In this document: positions 1-18,972 of the stretch, piece by piece | Numbering within the stretch: position 1 is the first letter of the stretch | Layout of the letters: each line of letters begins with the position of its first letter | Assembly (NCBI GenBank): GCA_951406725.2 | Contig: OX597837.1 | Span: forward strand, 44,330,001-44,394,000 | Reading direction: 5' to 3' | Origin: Octopus vulgaris | Lineage: Eukaryota | Length of the DNA: 64,000 nt | Program-made: the position numbers and the translations under genes | The notes under the pieces: generated by a model | Database searches by the model: none | What the model was told of the DNA's origin: nothing | The model's input: only the letters and a program-made list of their open reading frames with translations

Positions 1-83
1 GAAGTCCAGCAGATATATATATATATATATGTGTGGGCAGTCATCTAAAAGTTTTTGTTCGTCATGATGCTGACATAAGTTAC

Positions 84-173
84 TTGTCTTTCCTGATGAG
101 AAGACGGCATAATGCACCCTTTATTCCTTCCGAATTAATAATATGCAGTTTTCGAAACATATGTCGAGAATAA
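84..173 (+). ncRNA. Type I hammerhead ribozyme motif (minimal, PLE-type)
   Basis: CTGATGA 93-99. Stem II GAAGAC(100-105)/GTTTTC(148-153), extended by GCATA/TATGC. GAAA 154-157. Palindromic stem III ACATATGT. GUC cleavage triplet ends at 165. Stem I TTTC/GAGA. Confidence 0.7.
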
Positions 174-213
174 AGGAATTTTGTTAAATCGTCGTTCAAC
201 TCCATTCTTTCAT

Positions 214-361
<148 letters not shown>

Positions 362-1299
362 GAAATTAATTTGTGTAAAAATTAATGAGAAGTGTACTGC
401 ATCTAATGAGAGTCTAATATTACTATAAATGCTTCATACTATATGCTACTAATACTTGCATGTACCTTCATCAGGGGCTGGCTTACGTTTAAATAGAGGA
501 GAGGTGTGAAGTGATACGAAGGCACAACTTTCCTAATAGAAAATTCCACCAAGACGGCTGAATGAATAATAAAAAAAAGACAAAAGGAAAATTTTTTTAA
601 ATAAATAAATGAATAAAAGTTATATATAAAAATATTAGAAGGTATATCTGACCAGCAAGGGGAAGCAGCTGACCTCCCCTGTTTGAAGGTTATAATGGAC
701 ACAGGTTTGTGTGTCACATAGCTAGTCAGAGGTGATGGCCTTTTGGAGCTAATCAACGGCAGCTTTTGTCTTATATTTATGGACTACCATATTAGCTTGG
801 CGATAACTATTAATATTAGAAGGTATATTAATAGTATTAAAATATATTAAAATATAATTTTAGAAAATTATAAATGCGCGAATGAACATGAACAGTACAA
901 TGAAAATACAAAATATAAATATAAATATATAAAATATGAAATTATATTATATATACAAAGACTCTAAAGAGATCAAAGACCATACAAACTCATGCACATA
1001 CAAAGCCACACACAATACGCACTCTATAAAAAGTATATTAAATATACATTACAAATAAATATATATAAAACGTGAAATAGAAGCGGAAAAATTGGATATA
1101 AAATGAAACGACGGGGTGGAAAAATTTTAACTGTTGATATAACTCGACGCTGTTACATTTGTATCCTAAGCGTTATGGAAAATGCGAAAACGTAAAATAA
1201 AATTAGAAAAATTAGAAAAAAACTTAATTAAAAAAAATTAATGTGAGAAAATAGTTTTTAGAAAAAAATTGGTCCGACCAGTATCAGTGGAATCTTCCA

Positions 1300-2160
1300 A
1301 TATTTTTTAGAATATATTTAGACGTATGTTTGCACCCACTGAATATTTCTGATCTTGAGTTCAAAATTGAGTTCAGAATTTTAGATCTGATTAGAATTTG
1401 CAACCTTTCGGCCAAGCAAAGCCTACATTTATTGGATCCATTCATGTATGGATTCGACTTTTCTATTATTTTCCATCTAATAATATATGGAATATTGTTC
1501 TGTTAATTTTCAGTGCCCAAATATGGCTCGCCAACTTTGTAGCTCTACTCTTCTCACTATGACAGAAGGATGTCATATGATTGGTATACCGTTTTTTAAA
1601 ATTCCCTTTGCACAGTCCAATGTAGGTTTTCTTATCAGTTAAATAGCTGTTACTAATGTTTGCAAAGACCTCTGTCCCGTATACGATGGACTTAGTTAAA
1701 CACTGTTAATCTAGCGGACAGGATTCTGTATTACGACACTTACAGCCTGGCTTCACCTCTTGCTGGCTCCTGCGGTTGATAGTATTTTTCCTATTAGGGC
1801 AGCAGCTGTACGATAATTTAACAGGATTTCTGTTAAATATATTCCTGTATCTATGTCCTACAGGAGAGTGCTTATCTAAGGGTGTCAGAAATTCTTTTTA
1901 CCGATATTCGATTTTACGCGGGCAAACCAAATAACCTTTTTTGATCTGTTTTTAGAATACTTTTTTTATGGTGTTGCCCTTTATTATGGACCTCACCATG
2001 CCCATTACTATTATTACAGGTAGAAGACATCATATACACCAATTTTTGATTGAAACCACTATTGGCTAACACTAGTATAAAATGGAGCAGCCTTCTCGAA
2101 AGTTTCCCCAGAGGACGAGAGATTAGACACTGTCTTGCTAATATCTTTACCACTAGATTT
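1300..2160 (-). pseudogene. Penelope-like retroelement remnant (RT C-terminus plus GIY-YIG endonuclease), frameshifted
   Basis: Minus-strand translation gives LDKHSPVGHRYRNIFNRNPVKLSYSCCPN, YIGLCKGNFKKRYTNHMTSF and KCRLCLAERLQIL...LNSRSEIFSGCKH, which are PLE linker and GIY-YIG motifs. A partial CTGATGA hammerhead core lies downstream on the same strand near 467-473. Confidence 0.85.
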
Positions 2161-2214
2161 TTAATATATACACACACACATATGGGCCAACACTTCCCTA
2201 TCCCCACCCCTGAT

Positions 2215-2342
2215 GGAAAGTGTGGACTGGAGCAATGTGAAATGAAGTACTTTGCTCCAGAACATAACGCGCCACCCGGTCTGGGAATCGAATCCACGAT
2301 CTAGCGATCGTGAGTGTAACGCCCTAGGACCTAGGCCACGCA
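2215..2342 (-). mobile_element. tRNA-headed SINE fragment (family D-like)
   Basis: Reverse complement has GTGGCCTAGG (A-box-like) and GGATTCGATTCCC (B-box); related to 59442-59720. Confidence 0.6.
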
Positions 2343-2343
2343 C

Positions 2344-2382
<39 letters not shown>

Positions 2383-2717
2383 TACACACACACACACATA
2401 CACACACTCACTCACACGTATTTATGCGTTTGTGTTCGACTGTGTGTTTGAATGTAGCTTTACACATTTCCCTCACTATATCCATATCATTGTACATATT
2501 TCTTCATCTCACAGAAGCGTATTTACTCTCAAACAATAACCTTAGTGAAATAGCTGAACTTATAGAAAGACTTTCATATTTGTATTGTACCACTAATTAA
2601 GAAGACGGAGTTATTTGGCTCAACTGTCAAATCTGGCTGTTCATTTTTTCCTTTCTTTAGAGTCTTTTACTGACATCTCTTTGTTTGGTTGTTTTTATTT
2701 TCACATCTTTCGTTCCC

Positions 2718-3225
<508 letters not shown>

Positions 3226-3411
3226 TCATTTATATATAACGATACATATATTAATATTTCTAAAATCTGGCCATTATAAACAAAAATGGGATATTAATGG
3301 TTGAAGTTTGTATATATCATCATTATCAGATGAAATGACACACATGTTTGTACAAATCCAAGTATATATCAATCTTCGTAAACTGGTTAAAGTATGACAA
3401 AGCACATACAA

Positions 3412-3637
3412 TCCCCTTCTTCCTAGCTCTCTTATCTGACCCTTCTATCCGGCAATCGCCATGATAGATCGCTAGCCATTTAAATTTTTTCATTTTCTTT
3501 CTCTGTTTATTTCTATGTTCCTTTCGGTTGAAGAGCTTAGGCTCGAAACATAAAAGACTCTCCTACTTCCCGAGCGTTAAATTAATGCATCTGTTTGTTG
3601 TTTACACACCCGTCTTCGTCTTTTGTTCTTTTCGTAA

Positions 3638-3641
<4 letters not shown>
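3412..3641 (+). mobile_element. PLE-like terminal repeat with decayed variant hammerhead
   Basis: Homologous to 11355-11600 (+), 43737-43928 (-), 55632-55810 (-) and 41297-41390 (-). Confidence 0.65.
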
Positions 3642-3686
<45 letters not shown>

Positions 3687-3690
3687 ACAA

Positions 3691-3729
<39 letters not shown>

Positions 3730-3899
3730 CACATAAACACATACGCACACACATATGTGTATATAATTCTACACGCACACGCATATTTATCTCGTTTCCT
3801 ATACATACATACATACATGCATGCATATATATGTATATATATGTATATATATGTATATGTATATATGTGTATATGTATATGTCATGTACGTATGTATGC

Positions 3900-3948
<49 letters not shown>

Positions 3949-3949
3949 T

Positions 3950-5075
3950 ACAAACACCCAACCCAGATGTCTGGGCGTCCTGCTACTGCCACTAGCGGGG
4001 AAAACATTGACCGTGTTCATTATCTGGTGGTGGATGACAGGCAATTGACAATAAATCAAATAACCAAGGCTATTAGAATATATCCCGTGAGAGAATTGAG
4101 AACATTCAACACAATGAACTTGGCATGACGATCGTTTCTGCTTGGTAACCGCCACGTCTTCTGACGCCTAATCCAAAGCGCACCGGGCTGATCACAAGAA
4201 AATGGCACATTGTTTCTGGCAGCTCCAGCTTGTTTCCTTGAACGTTTCCTAACCCAGGATGATTGTTAGCATCATCACTTTCAGCCAGAGACAAAGACAG
4301 AATCCGTGCAGTGGGAACGCCCCGCCTCACCAGCTCCAAATAAAGTTAAGGTATATTTCTTTACTACCCACAATGAGGACTACCCACAGAGAGGACAAAC
4401 AAGGACAGGCATAGGTATTAAGTCGATTATATCGACCCCGGTGCGTAACTGGTATTTAATTTATCGACCCCGAAAGGACGAAAGGCAAAGTCGACCTCGG
4501 CAGAATTTGAACTCAGAACGCAACGGCAGACGAAATACGGCTACGCATATCGCCCGTCGTGCTAACGTTTCTGCCAGCTCACTGCCTTAACATAAATAAA
4601 GCTAAGGTAGTTTCATCTGCAGAGAAGGTGATGGCTTCAGTGTTTGGGGATGTAAAAGCATTGTGTTTATTGGTTGTCTTCAAAAAAAGCCACACCACCA
4701 ATGGAGAGTACTGTGCCCACCTGCTGAGGCAGTTACGAAAAGCTATCGAAACGAAACGCTCAGGAAAATTGACGGAACGGGTGTCGTTTCATCAGGAGAA
4801 TTCTCCAGCACACAAGTCCTTGGTTTAAACGGATGCTGTGCGTGACTGTAGCTTTGTACCTGATGATCACCCCCCCCCACCGATTTCCCTTATTTGACCC
4901 CGCCCATCCCGCATCTGATTACCATCTGTTCTCCAGCATGAAAAAGCATTTGGCCGGGGACCAGTATTGCAGTGATGATAACGTCATATCGGTCGCTGAT
5001 GGCTGTTTTTGACCAACAAGATGGAAACGTCTTCACGAATGGGATCCAAGCACTGCAACACCAATGGAAGAAGTG
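3950..5075 (+). pseudogene. Mariner transposase remnant interrupted by a SINE
   Basis: Fragments [31 protein letters not shown] and KAKVVSSAEKVMASVFGD...GEYCAHLLRQLRKAIETKRSGKL..VSFHQENSPAHKS; SDYHLF-like motif near 4915-4932. Confidence 0.85.
4354..4588 (-). mobile_element. SINE family A with 16-bp TSD
   Basis: Flanked by AAATAAAGTTAAGGTA (4338-4353) and AAATAAAGCTAAGGTA (4594-4609). Confidence 0.9.
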
Positions 5076-5227
5076 TGCCGAGGTCGATAAAGTAAATACC
5101 GGCTGAGCACCGGGGTCGATTTTATCGAATTAGTCCCTTCTCCCGAAAATTTCCGGCATTGTGACACAATTTGAAAATAATATAAAACAAGACAGTATTT
5201 CCATGTTATGTTGTGGTTTCACTGACA

Positions 5228-5546
5228 TTCCGTCGGTTGCAAAGACGAGGGCTCCAGTAGATCCAATCAACGGAACAGCTTGCTCCTAAAAATAACGTGC
5301 AGGTGCCTGAGCACTCCACAGACTTGCATACCATTAACATAGTTCTCTCGAAGATTCAGCGTGACACAGAATGTAACAAAATTGGCCCTTTGAAATGCAA
5401 GTACTACTTACTTTTGCCAGGTGAGTGAACTGGAAAAACATAAAATAACTGTGCCTTTCTGAAGGACACAAGGCGCCGCTGGGTATCAATCTCACAACCT
5501 TATGGCTGTGAGGCGAATACCCTAACCACCTAGCCATCTGCCTTCA
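5228..5546 (-). mobile_element. SINE family D
   Basis: Reverse-complement homology to 59442-59720 and 57088-57265. Confidence 0.8.
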
Positions 5547-6068
5547 ACTTGGGGAATAACTATGTCATTACTCACCACGTTATAAAATAAACCTAATTTG
5601 GTCATATTCCATGAAGGTATGTTGGTCAGCCTATGAACACTTCAGCCAATCGGTCAGTGAGAGGCGTGCACAGCTTTACAAAATACCAATAGTTAATAAC
5701 GTGGTGTGATAGTGTTGATATGCTTTTGTGTTTAGCTCAAGGTCAAGCTTATGACTAACAGATCTCCACTCGTGACTATCCTGTCTTTTTAGAGAGTCCA
5801 ACTATGTCTGTAGTATCTAATCTTTTATACATTACTTGTTTTAGTCATTGCACTACGGCTATCCTGGGGCACTGACTTGAAGAGTTTTAGTCGAGCGAAT
5901 CGACCCCAGTATTAATATTTTCATAGCTTTGTCAGAATCGCTACGTTACAGAGATGTAAACAAACCAACACCGGTTGTCAAGCAGTGACGAGGGACCAGC
6001 ACACACACACACTCACACACACACACACTCACACACACACACACTCACACACACACACACACACACAA

Positions 6069-6670
6069 AGGCGGCGAGCTGGCAGAATCGTTAGCACGCC
6101 GGGCGAAATGCTTAGCAGTATTTCGTCTGCAGCTACGTTCAGAGTTCAATTTCCGCCGAGGTCGACTTTGCCTTTCATCCTTTCGGGGTCGATTAAATAA
6201 GTACCAGTTACGCACTGGGGTCGATATAGTCGACTTAATCCGTGTGTCTGTCCTTGTTTATCCTCTCTGTGTTTAGCCCCTTGTGGGTAGTAAAGAAATA
6301 GGTATTTCGTCTGCTGTTACGTTCTGAGTTCAAATTCCGCCGAGGTCGACTTTATCTTTCATCCTTTCGGGGTCGATAAATTAAGTACCAGTTACCCACT
6401 GGAGTCAATGTAATCGACTTAATCCTGTTGTCTGTCCTTGTTTGACCTCTCTGTGTTTAGCCCCTTGTGGGTAATAAATAAGAATCATTAGTACGCCGGG
6501 GTAAATACTTAGTGGTATTTCGTTCGATTTTTCGTTCTACCATAGTAGACTTTACCTTTCACCCTTTCGAGGTCGATAGAGTAAATACCGGCTGAGCACC
6601 GGGGTCGATTTTATCGAATTAGTCCCTTCTCCCGAAAATTTCTGGTATTGTGACACAATTTGAAAATAAT
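6069..6670 (+). mobile_element. SINE family A multimer
   Basis: Head GGCGGCGAGCTGGCAGAATCGTTAGC and B-box GAGTTCAAATTCC; the tail rejoins internal GGTA (6301) and AGAA (6481) sites. Confidence 0.9.
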
Positions 6671-7320
6671 ATGGAAATAGACAGGATTTTCGTGTTATGT
6701 TGTGGTTTCACTGACATTCCGTCGGTTGCAAAGACGAGGGTTCCAGTAGATCCAATCAATGGAACAGCTTGCTCCTAAAAATAACGTGCAGGTGCCTGAG
6801 CACTCCACAGACTTGCATACCTATTTCTATTTCTTTATTGCCCACAAGGGGCTAAACACAGAGGGGACAAACAAGGACAGACATAGGTATTAAGTCGATT
6901 ACATCGACCCCAGTGCGTAACTGGTACTTAATCTATCGACCCCGAAAGGATGAAAGGCAAAGTCGACCTCGGCGGAATTTGAACTCAGAACGTAACGCAG
7001 ACGAAATACCGCTGAGCATTTCGCCCGGCGTGCTAACGTTTCTGCCAGCTCGCCGCCACAGACTTGCATATCATTGACATAGCTCTCTGGAAGATTCAGC
7101 GTGACACAGAAGGTAACAAAATTGGCCCTTTGAAATGCAAGTACTACTCATTTTTGCCAGGTGAGTGAACTGGAAAAACTTGAAATAACTGTGCCTTTGT
7201 CAAGGACACAAGGCGCCGCTGGGTATCAATCTCACAACCTTATGGCTGTGAGGCGAATACCCTAACCGCCTAGCCATCTGCCTTCAACTTGGGGAATAAC
7301 TATGTCATTATTCACCATAT
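6570..7320 (+). repeat. Direct duplication of 5080-5580 carrying an extra SINE A
   Basis: Near-identical sequence apart from the 6822-7057 insertion. Confidence 0.9.
6822..7057 (-). mobile_element. Full-length SINE family A with TSD
   Basis: CCACAGACTTGCATACC (6805-6821) and CCACAGACTTGCATATC (7056-7072). Confidence 0.92.
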
Positions 7321-7705
7321 CATATCAAGAGTTTCTTGTTAAGTAATCTTCCAAACACAACTTATTGTAGGCGTCTTCAGAAAACTGTGAAACTAAATAT
7401 TAAGGTATGGCTCAGTAATTACCAAGGGTTTGGATATATAAATTTAAACCAAGCTCAGATTACTGATAGCTTCTATTATAATCTAGAATTAGATTAAAAC
7501 AAATGCTGCTATTATAATATAGTCATAGTTAAGTCCATACATGGTTGTGCGACCTGATAGAAATACTAGCCAAATCTTTCTCATGTCACTTCTTGAAAAA
7601 AAAAGGAAGGTTACATCCAGTAGCCTAGCTCTAAATATATTAAACTTAATAAAACATATTACATCAAAATATCACAGATAGTGTTGTTTTAGGTTAGTCT
7701 ACACA

Positions 7706-8085
7706 TCTCTCTATATATAAACGGCAAAATGTCTGTGTGTGTGTGTGTGTGTGCGTATTCTTTATACAAATCCACAATTTTTCAGTTAGAGGGCTCGCAC
7801 TTTCTATGGTCATTCAAAACCGTCCAAGGGTGGTCGTGCACATCTTTACATTTCCCCAGTCACCCTGCAAAGCCATTAAAAAAATCAATAGAAGTGACCT
7901 TTTTTGTGAATTTTCTATCCAAAACCCAATCAAAATGCCCGAAACTTGATACGCCAATTGAATGCCAGCTAGCTGTATGTGATTGGTCAGAGATTTGGAC
8001 AGTACTCGCGTGTATGTGCGCACGCACGCAGCTGTATATGCATGCACTAGCTCTATGACCCGGCGTTGTCGGCTCATAGAGCTAG
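7706..8085 (+). mobile_element. Non-autonomous Helitron-like element
   Basis: 5' TC start shared with 23521 (TCTCTCTATATA(TA)AACGGCA); 3' hairpin CTAGCTCTATGA...TCATAGAGCTAG ending in CTAG. Confidence 0.7.
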
Positions 8086-8398
8086 GTATAAATATATGCA
8101 CTGTTATTTTATACATTCGTGTGTGTGTGTGTGTATGTGTGTGTGTGTATGTATGTGTGTGTGTGTGTGTGCGTGTAATACTGACGTGTTACCAATGTTT
8201 GTTTTTGTACTTAAAGGTTACTATACCCAAAGACTTTACCCCTCGCTGTTTTCGTCAACGAATTAAATACATTAAATTTACTAGATACGTAAGACAGCGG
8301 TCACGGTTGTCATTTCTTTTTAACTACATTAGCACCGTGGCCTGTTAAAATGAAATAGACTGAGTGACGCTGAGTTTCTCTTGCTTGCAACATTTATA

Positions 8399-9242
8399 CA
8401 AGGTGCGGTGAATAAATTGTCGTCTAAATTACGCAAAAATGAAAATAACTCTGACGTCTCATTTTACCAAAATTTATCAAAATTACATAAAAAATATCTT
8501 GAAGTACTAAAGAGTAAATTTATTCAATAAAATCGCCGCCTTGGGAATCTCCTGCGACTCTTCTGGATGGTCTCTTTGTTTAAGTTGGTGAATGCTGCCA
8601 TAATCCTTGCCTTCTGTTCATCTTTGGTGTTACAAGGTGTTCTGCTGGTCTTTCGCTCAACTGCGTCCCACACTTAATAGTCAAGACGGTTGCACAGTTG
8701 GGATATAGGTCGCCAGATGTTAGGGGTGATGTGGTCGCAGAAATTATCTGACAGCCATGACTGGGTTCTCTTGCTTCAGTGGCATGGTGCAGAGTCCTGT
8801 TACCAGACATAGGGTCTTCCAGCAGCTACCCTCTTGACCCATGATAGTACAACCTCTTCCAGGCACTTGTTAGAGGCCTCTGTGTTGAGTATGAGGCCAT
8901 GTGGGAAGACGAATGGAGGCAAAACGTCGCCATCACTAGTGATTACTCCATGTGGACTGGATGCTTGATTTGCATCACTCTCGCTACATGTCCTCAGATT
9001 GCACTGACCTCAGAGTGACACCCAAACACTCTGAAATGCTCGTATTGGCGCTTCCGGCGCGAATGCCAAGCAGTACAGCATGTTTCCAAATTTCTGGCAG
9101 AGTGAATTGCGTCATGGTGCTGTTTTTCTCATAGACGGTGCCCAGCTGACCCTACCATACTGTGTAGTCGACAAAATAAAAACAGACAATGCGCATGCGC
9201 GAAATGAAATATATAAATGGTGACAATTTACCTCTCACCCTG
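8399..9242 (-). mobile_element. Decayed Tc1/mariner (maT/DD37D-like) element
   Basis: Imperfect TIRs sharing TAAATTGTC. Minus-strand translation PYVW*QDSAPCH...WLSDNFCDHITPNIW...LDY*VWDAVERKT. Confidence 0.8.
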
Positions 9243-9244
9243 TG

Positions 9245-9276
<32 letters not shown>

Positions 9277-9633
9277 TGTATGTATGTATATGATACAGCC
9301 TTTGATTACCCGATCGCGCGGTTAAACCATTGGGAGTGAAGGACTCCTAGCCTTTGTTAGGGCATCCTTCTAGGAGAAGGTAACTCAGGCAACTGGGATA
9401 ACTCTGACATAAAACCTGCGGCTCAGTGGTTACCAATGATGTTGACTTGTTCTTCTTTTCGGATCATGGCTGCTGTTGCTTAGTGAGTGGGATTGATTCT
9501 GTGCACAGCCTTTCCTCACTTTATAAAAAATCTTCTTGCACAGGCATTGCACAATAACAACATTGATTAAGCTTCGTGCAATGGCCATACTCGATAACGA
9601 GGGGGCAGCCACCACCATGTATGTATATATTTA

Positions 9634-9910
9634 TAAAGGGGTTGGACAAAAATAATGGAAACACCTAGCATCATAGCATCATAATTTTGAAATATCTATA
9701 AAACCATCAAAGGCTTGTTTATTTTTATGTGTTTTGATTTATTATTAATGTTGCTTAATATGTTTTGCTAAAATTGTTGTTTCTTTTCAGATATCATCAG
9801 AAAAAGGCAATTAAAATTCATGAAAAATGACAGATCTATTGGACTTTCAAAGAGGTCAAATTGTTGGTGTACGTATGGCAGGCGCTAGCGTAACGAAAAC
9901 AGCCGAAAAC
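9634..9910 (+). mobile_element. Tc1-like element 5' fragment
   Basis: TIR-like GGGGTTGGACAAAATAATGGAAACACC; MTDLLDFQRGQIVGVRMAGASVTKTAE is a Tc1 N-terminal HTH. Confidence 0.8.
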
Positions 9911-10159
9911 TGAAAGAAACCCGTAGTATTCACACACACACACACACACACGTCACATACATACACAGGTGAGTTCATAAGTGCAAAACAAGATGGAAAA
10001 AATAGTACTCGAATACCAAAGGTAGAGTAATATGCTTTATATTAAAGCTGCAAAATTATCACAGGATTGCTACTGGGAGATTCACGTTCCCGTTCGTTGA
10101 ACAGATGTGTGTGTGTGGTAATTCACGTATATATATGTATATATGTATATATATGTATA

Positions 10160-10325
10160 TACGACGGCCTTCTTTCAGTTTCCGTCTACCAAATCCACTC
10201 ACAAGGCTTTGGTCAGCCCGAGGCTATAGAAGAAGGCACTTGCCCAAGGTGCCACGCAGTGGGACTGAACCAGGAACCATGTGGTTGGTAAACAAGCTAC
10301 TTACCATACAGCTATTCCTGTGCCT
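10160..10325 (-). mobile_element. SINE family B 5' half
   Basis: Homology to 39319-39752. Confidence 0.88.
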
Positions 10326-10779
10326 ATATATATATATATATGTGTGTGTATGTGTGTGTGTGTGTGTGCGCGCATGTGTGTGTGTGTGTGTGTGTGAATT
10401 AAAATTTATTTGCTAATGTACGGATTGACATTTTAGAAAGTTATAAAATGACTAAAAAAAAGGATAAAAAAATCTAAAATTTATAGCTATGACTACAAAT
10501 TGGTTTTTCCTCAGTGAGAACAGTGATGCGGAACATTTGACTATAATCAATAGGAAGCAACAGACACAACTCTACTATCACACCCTACCTTGGAAATAAA
10601 AACAGAGTCACAGGATAATAAAATGAGCGATAAACCATGAGAAAAAACGGTTAACGTTTACAGTTGGAATATATTTGTTTATAAATTTGCTTAGGTTGAC
10701 CTTGAGTTAAACAGCAATGCTGGGAAAAAGTGTTAAGAAACTCCTTGTAGAAACAAAACCGGATGCGACTATATATATA

Positions 10780-11771
<992 letters not shown>

Positions 11772-11882
11772 GTAAACAATATCTACCCCTCATCTAATAA
11801 TAATTTCTGCAACTTATCTTTACATGTTATTCTTACTTCCCATAACCCATATTCTTCCCCTTCATTGTCTACACACACACAT

Positions 11883-11955
<73 letters not shown>

Positions 11956-12120
11956 TATCATATACATGTGTACATACCCAGATATATATTGTGACGTAGG
12001 AGTTAAATACATGCCTTCTGATAAGCACACAGGCGCATATATACACACATAAATATATACATGAATGCATATATATATATATATACATATCCATGTATAT
12101 TCTATATATGTATGTATTTA

Positions 12121-12158
<38 letters not shown>

Positions 12159-12345
12159 CGTGCGTGTGTGTCTGTGATTCAACCTTGTCAGAATTAGCAT
12201 AAGGTGGCAATGAGATATATAAATATGGCAGATGAATTAATGAATATTAAGGAAACGGCGCTGGGATTGCTAAGAGACAGCGTGAATCACCAAATCAAGC
12301 ACAGGCGTGCACGCAGACGCACACATACATACATACGCAAGTTGA

Positions 12346-12409
<64 letters not shown>

Positions 12410-12445
12410 CAAAGGGAAAATAAGAAGAAAAACACCGGAAGTGAC

Positions 12446-12857
12446 ATACTCTTTTACTCTTTTACATGTTTCAGTCATGTGAATGTGGCCGTGCTGGAGC
12501 ACCGCCTTCTAGTCGAGCAAAACGAACCCAGGACTTATTCTTTTGTAAGCCCAGTACTTATTTTATCATTCGAGTTTGCTGAACCGATAAGTTACGGGGA
12601 CGTAAACACACCAGCATCGGTTGTCAAGCAATGCTAGGGGAACAAACACAGACCCACAAACACACACACACACACACACATACATACATACATATACATA
12701 TATACGACAGGTTTCTTTCAGTTTCCGTCTACCAAATCCACTCACAAGGCATTGGTCGGCCCGAGGCTATGGTAGAAGACACTTGCCCAAGGTGTCACCC
12801 AGTGGGACTGAACCCTGAACCATGTGGTTGGTAAGCAAGCTACTTACCACACAGCCA
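12446..12857 (-). mobile_element. SINE family B
   Basis: Homology to 39319-39752, with internal microsatellite. Confidence 0.92.
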
Positions 12858-13081
12858 TGTCACATATATATTTTTTTATTGTATTTTTTTTTTTACTTGT
12901 TTTTTTACTTTCAGTCGTTTGACAGCGGCCATGTTAGAGCACCGCTTTTAGTCGCTGAAATCGACCCCGGGACTTACTCGTTGTAAGGCTAGTATGTATA
13001 CTGTCGCACGCGTTTTGCCGAATCGCTAATGTACGAGGACGTAAATATACCAACATCGGTTGTCAAGCGACGATTGGGATA

Positions 13082-14560
<1,479 letters not shown>

Positions 14561-14592
14561 TATTTTTATATGATCACGACCATAACAGTCAA

Positions 14593-14595
14593 CTG

Positions 14596-14628
<33 letters not shown>

Positions 14629-14717
14629 TTACTACTACTACTACAACTACTACTACTATTACTACTACTACTACTACTCCAACTACTACAACTACCACCA
14701 CCACCACCACCACCACC

Positions 14718-14762
<45 letters not shown>

Positions 14763-14801
14763 GCAACAACCACTACCACCACCACCACCACCACCACCAC
14801 C

Positions 14802-14884
<83 letters not shown>

Positions 14885-15170
14885 CACCACCACCACCACC
14901 ACCACCAATCCTAATAATGGTGCTGCTGATATGACGATTAAGTCGCCACTACCCATTCACTACCACCACTACCACCACCACCACTACCACCACCACCACT
15001 ACCACCAATACCACCACCACCACTACCACCACCACCACCACCTCCGCCACCACCACCACCTCCGCCACAACAGCAAATATTATCACTATTGTCACCTTTA
15101 TAATCACACAGCGGTTCCCCACCCAGTATTTCCACCCCGCCCCCATCTCCACCGCCACCACCACCACTTC
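14593..15170. repeat. (CTA)n/(CCA)n trinucleotide tract
   Basis: Direct reading; overlapping ORFs are low-complexity artefacts. Confidence 0.95.
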
Positions 15171-15329
15171 CATGCTCTCACCTCAGCACCATTGTCACAG
15201 ACGTCGTCACCGCCGCCTCCCCTCCCTCCCTCCGCGCCACCGTCTTCGCTACGCCCTGTCATTTAGTCACTAAACCCGAAGAAAGGAACGTTACACTCTC
15301 CACTCTCGGCTTTTCTTGGTTAGTGTACG
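15130..15329 (+). other. Candidate first exon of a + strand transcript
   Basis: Unique CpG-rich sequence, GC box CCCCGCCCC near 15134-15142, ends at consensus donor ACG|GTAAGT (GT at 15330). Confidence 0.4.
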
Positions 15330-15334
15330 GTAAG

Positions 15335-16130
<796 letters not shown>

Positions 16131-16331
16131 ATGCTCTCCAACATGATGGCAGTCGCATGGCTGAAACAAATAAAATAAAATCAACAAAGAAAATATATAC
16201 AAGTGTGAATGTTTGTGTATAAATACATATACGTATATAGATATATACGCAGATATGTAATGTATGTATAACACCCACATAAACCCATACACCCGTATAT
16301 ATATATATATATATACATATATAAATAAAAG

Positions 16332-16433
<102 letters not shown>

Positions 16434-16946
16434 ATGTATCATTATGTATGTATGTATGTAATTTAAGAAGGTGTGTGTGTTATTGCTAACGCTGTGAAGT
16501 CTATATCAATATGAATTCACAAAAACTATGATCAAACGTCTCCCATCCAGGACCATCCTGCCTTTTGTACTACGTGTATCTAGGACTGTCTTATACAATA
16601 TTTCCTTTGTTGTTGTTTTTGCTTTTTGGCCAGAGAATAATGTTGACCGACATGACCTATCATCTGAGACGTTCCACAAATGACGATCCTCCGTGTCTTT
16701 ATTTTTAAAACTACTAAATCCTTTAGTGTTATCTGACGTAGTTTTGACTCCTATTTCTAGCAGGCTTGCCGGCTGTCTCTTATCGACCTGTTGCTGTTAT
16801 TAAAAAGTTTTGTTAGTACAGCTCTGGTCATTTGACCCTTCGCCAAATAAAAGGAATTATTAGAAATGGCAGAATCGGTCAAGTAACGCGAAAAGTGATT
16901 GGCACCATTTCTTGCGACTCTTTACGTTAGGAGTTCAAATGCTACC

Positions 16947-17048
16947 TATTTCTTTACTACCCACAAGGGGCTAAACACAGAGAGGGCAAGCAAGGACAGA
17001 CAAACGGATTAAGTCGATTACATCGAACCCAGTGCGTAACTGGTACTT
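16947..17048 (-). mobile_element. 5'-truncated SINE A inserted in an older SINE, with TSD
   Basis: AATGCTACC at 16938-16946 and 17049-17057. Confidence 0.85.
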
Positions 17049-17174
17049 AATGCTACCGAGGTCGATCGACTCAGCCATGAATCCCTACGCGGTCGATAAA
17101 ATAATTACAGGGGTCGATGTAATCAACTAGCGCCCTCAACAGAAATTTCAAGCCTCATGCCAATTATAGAAAGG

Positions 17175-18593
<1,419 letters not shown>

Positions 18594-18972
18594 CTTTTTA
18601 TTGAAGCTGGTGTTGGCATGTTTACGTCCCTGTAACTTAGCGGTACGGCAAAAGTGACACATAGAATACGTACCAGGCTTAAAAAAGTATAGGTACTGGG
18701 GTCGATACATTAGAATAAAAATGTTTGAAGGCAGTGTTCAAATGTCTGAAACCGGTAAAAGAAAAAAGAAATACATACGTATATCCATTGATCCATCGAT
18801 CCATCGATACATACATACATACATACATACATACATACATACATACATACATACATGCATACATGCATACAAACAAAAATACCCTGTTATTGATGTTGAA
18901 ATTTCAATGAAGGAGCCTTGGATCAAGGTTAGAAAACGGTTCTTTATTAGCAAGAAATCTTGAAATAAAGGA

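Noticed and set aside
10068-10106. Possible hammerhead relics here (-) and at 18895-18945 (+)
   Set aside because: Multiple core mismatches; cannot be supported without a family consensus
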